NCBI GenBank assembly: GCA_018239665.1
Contig: JAFEGV010000001.1
Span: 24,797-88,796 of the forward strand
DNA from: Verrucomicrobiota bacterium
Lineage (GTDB): Bacteria > Chlamydiota > Chlamydiia > Chlamydiales > Rhabdochlamydiaceae
Direction: 5' to 3'
DNA: 64,000 bases
Shown here: positions 24,250 through 32,765 of the stretch, piece after piece
How positions within the stretch are numbered: position 1 is the stretch's first letter
Layout of the letters: each line of letters opens with the position of its first letter
Notes under the pieces: generated by a model
Told to the model about the DNA's origin: nothing
Databases searched by the model: none
What the model saw: the letters and a program-made list of their open reading frames with translations, nothing else
Program-made: the position numbers and the translations under genes

Positions 24250-25278
24250 TCATTTAATGTGCTGTTTTACAACAGCGATGAACTGCTCGATATCCTCCGG
24301 CTGAGTGTCCCATGAGGTCATCCACCTGACTTCCCCTTTTGCATCGTCCCACACCCAAAAGAAGGTATGCTCTTGCAATGCCGGGATCGTCTCTTTTGGC
24401 AGCAATGCAAAGACGGCGTTTGCTTCGACTTCACGGGTCAAAGGAATATGAGGAAGCTCCTCTTCAATCCTTCTATAGAGCAGCTGCGCCATCGCATTGG
24501 CATGGGAAGCGTTCTTCAACCAAAGGCCATCGGAGAGCAGCGCGACAAATTGCGCAGAGAGGTAGCGCATCTTCGATGCCAGCTGCATCCCCTGCTTCCG
24601 GATATAGGCAAACTCTTTGGACAACGACCTGTCGAAAAAGATCACGGCCTCGCCGAACATCATCCCATTTTTTGTACCGCCGAAAGAAAGGATATCGACT
24701 CCCAGATCGCGCGTAAAGGCGCGCAGCGGCATCTTTAGGGCTGCAGCCGCATTGCCAATCCGCGCGCCGTCCATGTGAAGGAGCATCCCATTGGCATGGG
24801 CAAAATCGGCGATCGTCTTGATCTCCTCAGGAGAATAAAGGGTTCCCAGCTCTGTCGTCTGGGTGATCGAGATCACTTTAGGTTGAGAGCGGTGCTGCAC
24901 TCCCCTGTCCACTAGGTAGGGGCGGATATGCTCGATCGAAAGCTTCCCATTTTGTTCGGGAAGGACGATCAGCTTGCAGCCTGTATAGTTTTCAGGAGCG
25001 CCGCATTCGTCCACGTTGATATGCGCTACGTTGGAGCAAAACACCGTCTGATGGGAGTGGGTGATCGCCTTTAGTCCCAGCACATTGGCAGCTGTTCCAT
25101 TGAAGACGAAATAGACATCGGAGTCCTTTCCAAAATGCTCTTGGAAAAGGCGGACAGCTTCCTGCGTCATCTCATCGGCGCCATACGCCCTCTGGTGGCC
25201 TTCGTTGCAGTCCATGATCGCCTGCATGATGCGAGGGTGGACCGGAGCAAAATTGTCACTAGCAAATGATCGGTTCAT
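24250..25278 (-). CDS. ltaE: low-specificity L-threonine aldolase (PLP-dependent, beta-eliminating lyase family)
   Basis: MNRSFASDNFAPVHPRIMQAI...AYGADEMT...FVFNGTAANVLGL...SFGGTKNG (PLP-Lys context) is typical of LtaE. Confidence 0.8.
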   Translation of the reverse strand: MNRSFASDNFAPVHPRIMQAIMDCNEGHQRAYGADEMTQEAVRLFQEHFGKDSDVYFVFNGTAANVLGLKAITHSHQTVFCSNVAHINVDECGAPENYTGCKLIVLPEQNGKLSIEHIRPYLVDRGVQHRSQPKVISITQTTELGTLYSPEEIKTIADFAHANGMLLHMDGARIGNAAAALKMPLRAFTRDLGVDILSFGGTKNGMMFGEAVIFFDRSLSKEFAYIRKQGMQLASKMRYLSAQFVALLSDGLWLKNASHANAMAQLLYRRIEEELPHIPLTREVEANAVFALLPKETIPALQEHTFFWVWDDAKGEVRWMTSWDTQPEDIEQFIAVVKQHIK

Positions 25279-25697
25279 AGATTTTTCCTTAAATAGTTAA
25301 AGCTGGTTCCTGCATCAAACCCATCGCGCTTGAAATCGAGATGGAAGCCCATTTTTTGATAAAACTCAGGCGCCTGAAAGCTCATCGTCTCGACAAAGGC
25401 AAAGCGGCAGCCGCGCTCCTTTCCATAGTCTAACGCACGCTGCATTAAGGCCTTTCCATATCCTAAGCCGCGATAGGCTTCCTCAACGTAGAGGTATTTG
25501 ATGTGAAGCTGTCCCCAAAAGTATTGGACTACAACACATCCGACCAATGTTTGCCCTTCAAGCATTTCAAAGGCAACGGGATCCTCGGAAAGCCCGTTCA
25601 TCCCGGTCGTTTGGACCGCATGCTTTCCAAACGCTTCGAAAATCCGCTGCTTGAGCTCGGGAGCAAGCGCGCCCTGTTTAATTTCTGTTTTCTTCAT
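25275..25697 (-). CDS. GNAT-family N-acetyltransferase
   Basis: 140 aa with motif A, VEEAYRGLGYGKALMQRAL. There are 4-nt overlaps with both neighbours. Confidence 0.7.
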   Translation of the reverse strand: MKKTEIKQGALAPELKQRIFEAFGKHAVQTTGMNGLSEDPVAFEMLEGQTLVGCVVVQYFWGQLHIKYLYVEEAYRGLGYGKALMQRALDYGKERGCRFAFVETMSFQAPEFYQKMGFHLDFKRDGFDAGTSFNYLRKNL

Positions 25698-26647
25698 AGG
25701 TGTTTTCCCATCGGCATTTCGCCGGGAGCGCTTGGATTGTCCTCGGGGTCGTCCAACGGCATAGGAGTGTAGCGATGACGCTGGTAAAAAGGAAAAGCCT
25801 TCGAACAGGACTCCACATGGATGCTTCGATAGCCTCTGATCTTAAGCCATTTTTCGATTAATTCCAAAAACAGCCCGCCATAGCCATGGCCCCTTTCTTC
25901 CTCTTCGATCTGCATCATCCTCAGCATAGCTCGATGTCCCGGCCATAATTGGACATGCGCGTAACCAACGATCTCCGTGCCGCGATACAACACCAGATGT
26001 TCATGTTCTTTGTGGTTAAACGTCCTCGTATTGGGATCATTGAGAATTCCTCTATCAGACAAATACTCCAGACGCAGCCGCTTGGCAGCATTCCATTCGG
26101 TCTGATCATTGCACTTCAGCATGCGGATCCGGTCAAAGCCTGCTTTTTTGAGCACATCGCGGATAAAGTCCCCCTTCCTGAGCGTGTAGCCGGTAAACGC
26201 ACCGTTCTCCTTTTGATGGGAGGTCTCGTCCTGCAAAAGCCCGATCTTAAGCGCAGCATATTCATCGCGCACAGACGGGTTGTTTCGCAAATAGTCTCGA
26301 AACAGAAGGTTCAGCTCGATCTCGGGATGCCCTTCTTCATAAACATGGAGGTTGACGCCGACATCGCCCCTCTTGCTAAAGCCATAGTGGAGCGGAATGT
26401 TGTACTCGCCTCTGTATTGAAAGCCGATCGACTCGAACTTCCCAATCGTTTGCTGAGGATCTTTGACAACGATGATCATATCGATCTTCGGCTTCGCCGC
26501 AAGCCCCGGCACAGCCGTCGATCCAACATGGTAAACGGCGATCAATTGATCGCCAAGCGCAGCCTTGATTATCGAGCTTTCCAACTCAAACATTGACGGC
26601 CACTGCGGGTTATAGGGAACAACCTCGATGTGTCTCATATTTTTCAT
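25694..26647 (-). CDS. GrpB (UPF0157) domain fused to a GNAT acetyltransferase domain
   Basis: The N-terminal half, IEVVPYNPQWPSMFE...VYHVGSTAVPGLAAKPKIDMIIVV, matches GrpB. The C-terminal half carries a GNAT motif, IEEEERGHGYGGLFLELI. Confidence 0.7.
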   Translation of the reverse strand: MKNMRHIEVVPYNPQWPSMFELESSIIKAALGDQLIAVYHVGSTAVPGLAAKPKIDMIIVVKDPQQTIGKFESIGFQYRGEYNIPLHYGFSKRGDVGVNLHVYEEGHPEIELNLLFRDYLRNNPSVRDEYAALKIGLLQDETSHQKENGAFTGYTLRKGDFIRDVLKKAGFDRIRMLKCNDQTEWNAAKRLRLEYLSDRGILNDPNTRTFNHKEHEHLVLYRGTEIVGYAHVQLWPGHRAMLRMMQIEEEERGHGYGGLFLELIEKWLKIRGYRSIHVESCSKAFPFYQRHRYTPMPLDDPEDNPSAPGEMPMGKHL

Positions 26648-26769
26648 AGGACAAGGCTATGTTTGAAGCAGAGTTTTAGTTAGGTTTTGGATCAACTATT
26701 GATAAAAGGTCGTTAAGGATCTGTCTACAAAGAAAGTTCGCAAAATCGAGCGAGCTACGAGTAAGAAAT

Positions 26770-26857
26770 TGGCGGAAGAGGTAGGATTCGAACCCACGGT
26801 CGGTTGCCCGACTTCTGTTTTCAAGACAGACGCAATAGGCCACTCTGCCACTCTTCC
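26770..26857 (-). tRNA. tRNA-Ser (anticodon UGA), CCA encoded
   Basis: The minus-strand sequence GGAAGAGTGGCAGAGTGG...TCTGT-CTTGAAA-ACAGA-(long variable arm)-GGGTTCGAATCC-...CTCTTCC-G-CCA has a 7-bp acceptor stem, anticodon loop CU-UGA-AA and a class II variable arm. Confidence 0.9.
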
Positions 26858-26970
26858 GCACGGACATACGTTTCGTGATTCGAATTCTTGAATCACTCTG
26901 CGTATTCAGACATGAAATTATACAAAACAAAACATATTTCTCAACTAGAAAAACCTAAGCGTAGGCTTTG

Positions 26971-28002
26971 CTACACTTGCTCGAGGAAGCGGAGGTCGTT
27001 CTCTGTGAACATCCGGATGTCGTTCACGCCGTAGCGGAGCATCGCTGAGCGCTCGATCCCAAGCCCCCATGCAAACCCTGAATAGACCTCAGGATCGATC
27101 CCGCCGTTCTTAAGGACTTCAGGATGGACCATTCCGGCACCGCAGACTTCCAGCCAGCCGGTGAACTTGCAGAGGCGGCAGCCTTTTTGCTGGCATGCTG
27201 TGCAGCCGATATCGACTTCGAGCCCCGGTTCGACGAATGGAAAATAGCTTGGACGGAAACGCATTTGGACCTTTGTCTGGAAGACTTTGCTCCAGAACTC
27301 TTCCATCGTGGCAAAGAGATCGGCAAAGGAAACTCCCTTATCGACATAGAGCCCTTCGATCTGGTGGAAGAAAACGTGGGACCGGGCGCTGATCGTCTCG
27401 TTGCGGTAGACGGTGCCCGGCGCAATGATCCGGATCGGCGGACGGTGGGTCTCCATGACGCGCAATTGGGTGTTCGAAGTGTGGGAGCGGAGGAGCATGT
27501 TAGGCGTGATGTAGAAGGTGTCCTGCATGTCGCGGGCGGGATGGTCGGGGGGAAAGTTCAGGCCTTCATAATTGTAGTAGTCGGAATCGATATCGGGGCC
27601 GTATTGAACGGAAAAGCCCATTCCGGAGAGGATCTCGATCATTTCGTCCATCATGAGAGAGAGGGGATGCTTGCGGCCGAGGTGGCGGCGGCGGCCCGGC
27701 ATGGTCACGTCGATCTTCTCTTGAGCGATCTGCTGCGCCTGTTCGACATCGGCATAGCTTGCTAACGCTTGCTCGCAGAGACGGGCGAACTCTTCTTTGA
27801 GCTCATTGATGACTTTACCGAGGTGTGGGCGGTCTTCGGCCGGAGCTTCGCGCAAATGGAGCATCAGGTCTTGGACAGGTCCTTTTTTCCCAAGGTATTT
27901 TACCTTGAGCTGCTCGACATCTTTGCTGAACTTGACCTGCTTGAGGTCGTCTTGAAACTGGTTGCGTAGTGAAGTGATCCGTTGCTGCACGAAGAACCTC
28001 AA
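26971..28002 (-). CDS. pheS: phenylalanine--tRNA ligase alpha subunit
   Basis: KYLGKKGPV, HPLSLMMDE, FPPDHPARDMQDTFY, LRSHTSNTQ, PGTVYRN, FHQIEG and GFAWGLGIERSAML are all present. The apparent start is TTG; its exact position is uncertain. Confidence 0.9.
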   Translation of the reverse strand: MRFFVQQRITSLRNQFQDDLKQVKFSKDVEQLKVKYLGKKGPVQDLMLHLREAPAEDRPHLGKVINELKEEFARLCEQALASYADVEQAQQIAQEKIDVTMPGRRRHLGRKHPLSLMMDEMIEILSGMGFSVQYGPDIDSDYYNYEGLNFPPDHPARDMQDTFYITPNMLLRSHTSNTQLRVMETHRPPIRIIAPGTVYRNETISARSHVFFHQIEGLYVDKGVSFADLFATMEEFWSKVFQTKVQMRFRPSYFPFVEPGLEVDIGCTACQQKGCRLCKFTGWLEVCGAGMVHPEVLKNGGIDPEVYSGFAWGLGIERSAMLRYGVNDIRMFTENDLRFLEQV

Positions 28003-28046
28003 GTATTGACTTGTCAGAATAAAGAGAGAATTGCAAAACTCCCTCT

Positions 28047-28080
28047 AAAAAAATACCCATGCCGTCAAAGCGGCATGGGT
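28047..28080 (-). terminator. Rho-independent terminator or attenuator between rplT and pheS
   Basis: On the minus strand a perfect 10-bp stem ACCCATGCCG/CGGCATGGGT with a 6-nt loop is followed by TATTTTTTT. It sits next to a solo family-1 core (28026-28042). Confidence 0.7.
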
Positions 28081-28103
28081 TGCAAATGATAGCAAAGCAG
28101 CGG

Positions 28104-28460
28104 TTAAGCTAATGCTTGCCTAGCAGTTCCAACAACAGCAGAGAAGCTGTTTGGATCGCGAATTGCCATATCGGAGAGCATCTTGCGATTCAATGTGCAC
28201 CCTGCTTTGCTCAGTCCATCGATTAATTTGCTATAGGACATTCCGTTGATCTTTGCACCAACGCCGATGCGCATGATCCACAATTTGCGGAAGTCACGCT
28301 TGCGTTGTTTACGATGACGGTAGTTGAATGCGAGGGCTGAAAGCACTGCGTCCAACGTCAGTCTCTTATGATTTTTTCGATCGCCTACAAATCCTTTTGC
28401 GCGCTTCATCAGACGTTTGCGCGAACGGTTTCTAGCCACCGCGTTTGTGACTCTTACCAT
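28104..28460 (-). CDS. rplT: 50S ribosomal protein L20
   Basis: MVRVTNAVARNRSRKRLMKRAKGF...FNYRHRKQRKRDFRKLWIMRI is canonical L20. Confidence 0.95.
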   Translation of the reverse strand: MVRVTNAVARNRSRKRLMKRAKGFVGDRKNHKRLTLDAVLSALAFNYRHRKQRKRDFRKLWIMRIGVGAKINGMSYSKLIDGLSKAGCTLNRKMLSDMAIRDPNSFSAVVGTARQALA

Positions 28461-28483
28461 GGTATTTCTCCAATTATCTTAAA

Positions 28484-28687
28484 TTATTCAACACCCATTA
28501 AGCGGGCATACATTTTTGTTTGACCTTTGTCCACTAGCGTCTGCTTTCTCAAATGGCGCTTACGCTTAGAGGCTTTTTTCGTCAAAATGTGACGGCGGCC
28601 AGGTCGGCTGCGAACCAACTTGCCAGTTCCAGTCACTTTAAATCTTGCTTTTACAGCTTTTCGTGTTTTCATCTTAGTCACGGTCAT
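28484..28687 (-). CDS. rpmI: 50S ribosomal protein L35
   Basis: KMKTRKAVKARFKVTGTGKLVRSRPGRRHILTKK is canonical L35. The start may be a few codons downstream. Confidence 0.9.
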   Translation of the reverse strand: MTVTKMKTRKAVKARFKVTGTGKLVRSRPGRRHILTKKASKRKRHLRKQTLVDKGQTKMYARLMGVE

Positions 28688-28702
28688 TCTCCACAGATAA
28701 AT

Positions 28703-29230
28703 TTAAGCATTCGGTTTTTTCTTGGCTCCAGGAGCTAAAACAACAGACAAATTACGACCCAGCATTTTCGGCGGCGATTCCGGCGTTGCCACATCGCTTA
28801 AGTCATCGCAAAATCTCTGCACCGCTCTTCTACCATACTCAGAGTGGAGCATTTCTCGGCCGCGGAACGTGCAGGTCACACGGACCTTATTGCCTTTGGC
28901 AATAAATTCCCGTGCATGCTTCATCTTGACTTCAATGTCATGCTCATCGGTGTTAGGCTTGATCTTGATCTCCTTCACCTTGACCTGATGCTGCGCTTTC
29001 TTCTGCTCTTTCTCTTTCTTCGTCAACTGATAACGGTACTTGCCGTAATCGATAATCTTACAGACAGGAGGCTCTGCATTGGGGGCGATCTCCACCAAAT
29101 CCAAACCAGCCTGCTCTGCGCGCGTAAGAGCTTCTAGCAGCGTCAACACTCCAACTTGGCCGCCATCTTCGTCGATGACGCGCACTTTCGGTACTCGAAT
29201 CTCGCGATTAATTCTCAAATTCAGAGTCAT
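28703..29230 (-). CDS. infC: translation initiation factor IF-3
   Basis: INREIRVPKVRVIDEDGGQVGVL...AGLDLVEIAPNAEPPVCKIIDYGKYRY...IKIKPNTDEHD...RGREM is canonical IF-3. The start choice is uncertain because IF-3 genes often use atypical starts. Confidence 0.9.
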   Translation of the reverse strand: MTLNLRINREIRVPKVRVIDEDGGQVGVLTLLEALTRAEQAGLDLVEIAPNAEPPVCKIIDYGKYRYQLTKKEKEQKKAQHQVKVKEIKIKPNTDEHDIEVKMKHAREFIAKGNKVRVTCTFRGREMLHSEYGRRAVQRFCDDLSDVATPESPPKMLGRNLSVVLAPGAKKKPNA

Positions 29231-30830
29231 TACTCCCGTTCAGTTCTATGATCATGTTTATAAACTCGTCCACTCCCATTTTCTCATTGTTGGGAGAGTC
29301 AGGGGTCCGATAGCTGATGCTATTGCTCTCTTGCTCCCTATCGCCGATCAATACGGCATAAGGGACATGTTCGCAAAGCGCATGGTGGAGCCGCGTTTTT
29401 AATGGGTCAGCTTTCCTATCATCGATCGTGAACCGGATACCGGCATTTTTCAGCTTTTGCTGAACTGCCTGCACATAATTACCGCTCTCATTAGAGAGCA
29501 CAATGATCCGCAGCTGTTCGGGACTTAGCCAAAATGGCCATCGCCCTTGATACCTTTCAACGCATAACGCCACCAATCGTTCAAGGGAATTAAACGCAGA
29601 CCTCGTGATACACGAGAAACCGCTTTTGACGTCCATTGAACCATCGATCCCAATAAAAGGTCCATCCCACCACCTTCCTAATGCATCAGCCATTCGCAAT
29701 TGAATGCGCGACTGCATTTCCAGCATTGGATCTTGGATGATGAGATGCTCCAGACGCGCTTCCTTCAATACATCTTGAAGGAGGCGGTAGCCTTTCGCCC
29801 CTTTAGAGTCCTTTTTTTGTATTCCAACATTTCCTGTGTATAAAATGATTTGGAACTCAAAACCTAGGATTTTAGGAATTTTGGTGATGAATTGCAAGGA
29901 AGAAATGCACTCCTGAAAAAGTTCTTCGTCATTTATGAACAGATGGGCCCGGTCGGAAATCCAGCCCACACTATCGAAAAGCTCATTTTTTAATTGCTTC
30001 TCATTGAGGCTGCTCAAATATGAGATCTCAGCAATTTTGCAGCTGCCGGCCGGACTGCTCTTTTGCCAAAAAGCGCGGTGGGCCAAAAATATATCAAATC
30101 CCGGCTCCTCATCTTCGCTGACATGCAGGCATGACGGGGTGGTCATCAACTGAAAATTTTGCTTCCGATGCTCGGCGCGCCACCATTGGACTAATGTGTG
30201 CTTGACCGCGTCCGCCTTCGGAAGCCATGCCCAGAGGCCGTCGCCCAAGTCTTCCATCGGCAGAAATAAGCCGCATTCTTCGATCAATCGAAGATGGTCG
30301 CTCTTTGCAAAGGAAGGGGCGGACTTTATAGCTTTTTTTAGGGCCTGCTTATCTTCTTCAAGGAACCCGATAATGCGGACCAGCGTATCCTCTCCAATGC
30401 GGATGGGATAGAACTCCACAAGCTTAAAGGCATAGGAGGGGTCCCACTCGTCCAACAGGGCCTCTTCGCACCAATCGGCAAACTCCCCCATCTGGACCAT
30501 GCTGACCAAGGCCCGGTCAAGGTCCCTTACTTTCTCCGCCAGCACAGGCTGGCCGACATGCTCCAAAAGAGAAGCGGCATTACCGGGCACCATTTCCAAG
30601 ACTTTAATAGGGGCTGCCCGTTTGAGAATTTGGCGCATCCGCTCTTCTAACTGAAAAAGGAACTCCGGCTGAAAGGAAAAGGGGAAAAGAAAATCGTAAA
30701 AAAAGATTTTAGACGTCCCCTGCCCTTGAAAGAGCAAGGTGTCGGGAAAAAGCTCAAGTGCTGCTGCAGCTAATACTTCAGCTGCAGTTTGGCGTGCTGT
30801 GTTCAAGGGATCAAATGGATCTGGTTTCAT
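29208..30830 (-). CDS. threonyl-tRNA synthetase-like protein lacking the TGS domain, with apparently degenerate editing and catalytic motifs
   Basis: 540 aa, colinear by eye with ThrRS from the editing (N2) domain to the anticodon-binding domain (WLSPEQLRIIVLSNESGNYVQAVQQKLKNAGIRF...VPYAVLIGDREQES). The HxxxH editing box reads QTAAE, CRGPH reads CEEAL, and the motif-2 region is shortened. It occupies the thrS position upstream of infC. Confidence 0.7.
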   Translation of the reverse strand: MKPDPFDPLNTARQTAAEVLAAAALELFPDTLLFQGQGTSKIFFYDFLFPFSFQPEFLFQLEERMRQILKRAAPIKVLEMVPGNAASLLEHVGQPVLAEKVRDLDRALVSMVQMGEFADWCEEALLDEWDPSYAFKLVEFYPIRIGEDTLVRIIGFLEEDKQALKKAIKSAPSFAKSDHLRLIEECGLFLPMEDLGDGLWAWLPKADAVKHTLVQWWRAEHRKQNFQLMTTPSCLHVSEDEEPGFDIFLAHRAFWQKSSPAGSCKIAEISYLSSLNEKQLKNELFDSVGWISDRAHLFINDEELFQECISSLQFITKIPKILGFEFQIILYTGNVGIQKKDSKGAKGYRLLQDVLKEARLEHLIIQDPMLEMQSRIQLRMADALGRWWDGPFIGIDGSMDVKSGFSCITRSAFNSLERLVALCVERYQGRWPFWLSPEQLRIIVLSNESGNYVQAVQQKLKNAGIRFTIDDRKADPLKTRLHHALCEHVPYAVLIGDREQESNSISYRTPDSPNNEKMGVDEFINMIIELNGSNDSEFEN

Positions 30831-30837
30831 GAATGGT

Positions 30838-30911
30838 TGGGATATAGCTGACTCGAACAGCTGACCTCCACGATGTCAACGTGGCGCTCTAACCAACTGA
30901 GCTAATACCCC
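30838..30911 (-). tRNA. tRNA-Val (anticodon GAC), CCA not encoded
   Basis: The minus-strand sequence GGGGTAT-TAGCTCAGTTGGTTAGAGC-G-CCACG-TTGACAT-CGTGG-AGGTC-AGCTG-TTCGAGT-CAGCT-ATATCCC-A forms a cloverleaf with one G-U pair in the acceptor stem. Confidence 0.9.
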
Positions 30912-30999
30912 AGATCAATTTTTTAATTTAGATGAACATCTTAGTACAGGCAGGAATTCAGTGCAAGAATTTCTTCATCCGCCTTCGAATAAAACACCC

Positions 31000-31031
31000 T
31001 CCTTTCGCAGGCAGCCGAAGGATGTTTTTTT
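31000..31031. terminator. Hairpin plus T-run downstream of nadB (possible bidirectional terminator)
   Basis: tcctttcg-caggcagc-cgaagga is followed by tgttttttt on the plus strand. The minus-strand reading has a weaker GTTTTATT tail after the same stem. Confidence 0.4.
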
Positions 31032-31099
31032 CTATTTTTCGATAAGTCCAATCCTAAAATTAATGAGTCCTGCACGCGCTTTTAATGATATTTATTTTT

Positions 31100-32653
31100 T
31101 TAATTCATTCTCCGGTAATGGCAGCCGATCGAGCGGCGGTTGCGGATAGCTCCTTCCGTGATGAGAAGAGCTGTTTGAATTCCATTGCGCAGCCCCAAAA
31201 GCTCCGGAGTGAGCTTGCAGCTGGAATAAAAGGAATCGATCTCAATCTTCAGCTCATGGAGCATTTTAAAGGCGCGGCTTAAGCGTTGCGCATCGCGCAC
31301 CAGTCCGACATAGTTCCACATGGTCTGCTTGATCGTCGTCCAATCTTGCTGGACCAGGGCGCTATCGACACATTGGTCGCTCATCACCCATTCTTCGACC
31401 GGAGGAAAATAGTCCTTTCTCTGATGCAATTGACCGCTCAAAGCATCGGCGCATAGTTTACTGAAGACAAGCGCCTCAAGAAGGGAGGTCGAGGCCAGCC
31501 GATTGCCCCCGTGGACGCCGGTGCAAGCGACCTCTCCGATCGCACGAAGCCGATGAATGGTCGTCCTGCCCTGCAGATCGACGGCTATTCCGCCGCAAGA
31601 ATAGTGGGCAGCAGGAACGACCGGGATCGGCTCGGAGGTCAGATCATATCCCTTCGCAAGGCAATGGGAATAGACCGTAGGGAAACGCCCTTTGATCCAT
31701 TCGGAAGAGCGGGAACTGATATCGAGCCATAGGTGCTGGCTGTCCACCTGCATCATCTCTTGATAGATCGACCTGGCGACAATATCGCGCGGCGCCAATG
31801 ATCCCCTGGCGTCATAGCGGTGCATAAACGCAGACCTGTCGATCGTGAGCAGCTCAGCGCCTTCTCCGCGCAGCGCCTCGGTGATCAAGAACCGCCGTTC
31901 ATAAGGCAGATAGAGCGTCGTCGGATGAAACTGGATGTATTCCATGTTCATGATCCGCGCGCCTGCCCGATAGGCCATTGCAAGTCCGTCTCCCCTCGCC
32001 TCTTTGGGATTGCTCGTATGCAGAAACACTTCTCCGACGCCCCCGGTGGCAAGGATGGTCTCTTTGGCGAAGTGGATCTTTACGTCGCCGTTTCGGTTGT
32101 CCATCACATAGGCGCCGACGCACGTCGAAGGATAATAGATGTCGGTGATCACTTTGGAATGGTGGGAAAGGGTGATCAAGTCAACTGCGGTCTGATCGGT
32201 CTTAAATTGGACATTGGGATGGTTTTTCACACGGTCGACGAGGGCGCCCATGATCGCAAGCCCTGTCTGATCGCGATGATGGATGATCCTGGGGCAGGAA
32301 TGGGCGGCTTCTTCCGTAAGCGCCAAATGCCCATTTTCAGTCCGATCGAAATTGATCTGGTACTTTTCTAACAAAAGCTCCTTGACGCATTTCGGGCCCA
32401 TCTGAACGAGGGCCTCTACCGCAGGAAGATGGGACAGTCCTGCTCCTGCATCAATGATGTCCTTTGCCAACTGCTGAGAAGAATCTCCATCCCCTTGATA
32501 GATGATCCCTCCTTGGGCCCAAGCTGAGTTCGACTCCAGTCCTGTGGGGCCAGCTCCCAGGAGGACAACGGAATGCCCTTTATCGGCAAGCTCAAGAGCG
32601 GCGATGCATCCTGCAAGCCCGCTGCCAATGATCAATACATCCGGAGTGTGCAT
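31100..32653 (-). CDS. nadB: L-aspartate oxidase
   Basis: The N-terminal FAD motif is DVLIIGSGLAGCIAALELA. Also present are ...AQGGI..., RFLITEALRGEGAELL, and the C-terminal helical domain. The 517-aa length fits NadB rather than SdhA/FrdA. Confidence 0.8.
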   Translation of the reverse strand: MHTPDVLIIGSGLAGCIAALELADKGHSVVLLGAGPTGLESNSAWAQGGIIYQGDGDSSQQLAKDIIDAGAGLSHLPAVEALVQMGPKCVKELLLEKYQINFDRTENGHLALTEEAAHSCPRIIHHRDQTGLAIMGALVDRVKNHPNVQFKTDQTAVDLITLSHHSKVITDIYYPSTCVGAYVMDNRNGDVKIHFAKETILATGGVGEVFLHTSNPKEARGDGLAMAYRAGARIMNMEYIQFHPTTLYLPYERRFLITEALRGEGAELLTIDRSAFMHRYDARGSLAPRDIVARSIYQEMMQVDSQHLWLDISSRSSEWIKGRFPTVYSHCLAKGYDLTSEPIPVVPAAHYSCGGIAVDLQGRTTIHRLRAIGEVACTGVHGGNRLASTSLLEALVFSKLCADALSGQLHQRKDYFPPVEEWVMSDQCVDSALVQQDWTTIKQTMWNYVGLVRDAQRLSRAFKMLHELKIEIDSFYSSCKLTPELLGLRNGIQTALLITEGAIRNRRSIGCHYRRMN

Positions 32654-32765
32654 CGTTTATCCCTCTTGCATCATAGGAAACCTTAAGGATAACGCCGCCC
32701 TGCTTTTTTAAGCCATTCCGAAAACGGAAGAGTTAATATCCTCTCATCCGATAGAATACTCCTAT

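Noticed and set aside
29208-30830. Annotating this ORF simply as thrS
   Set aside because: It lacks the TGS domain, its core is shortened, and several editing, Zn and motif-2 residues appear substituted. I call it ThrRS-like pending a rigorous alignment.
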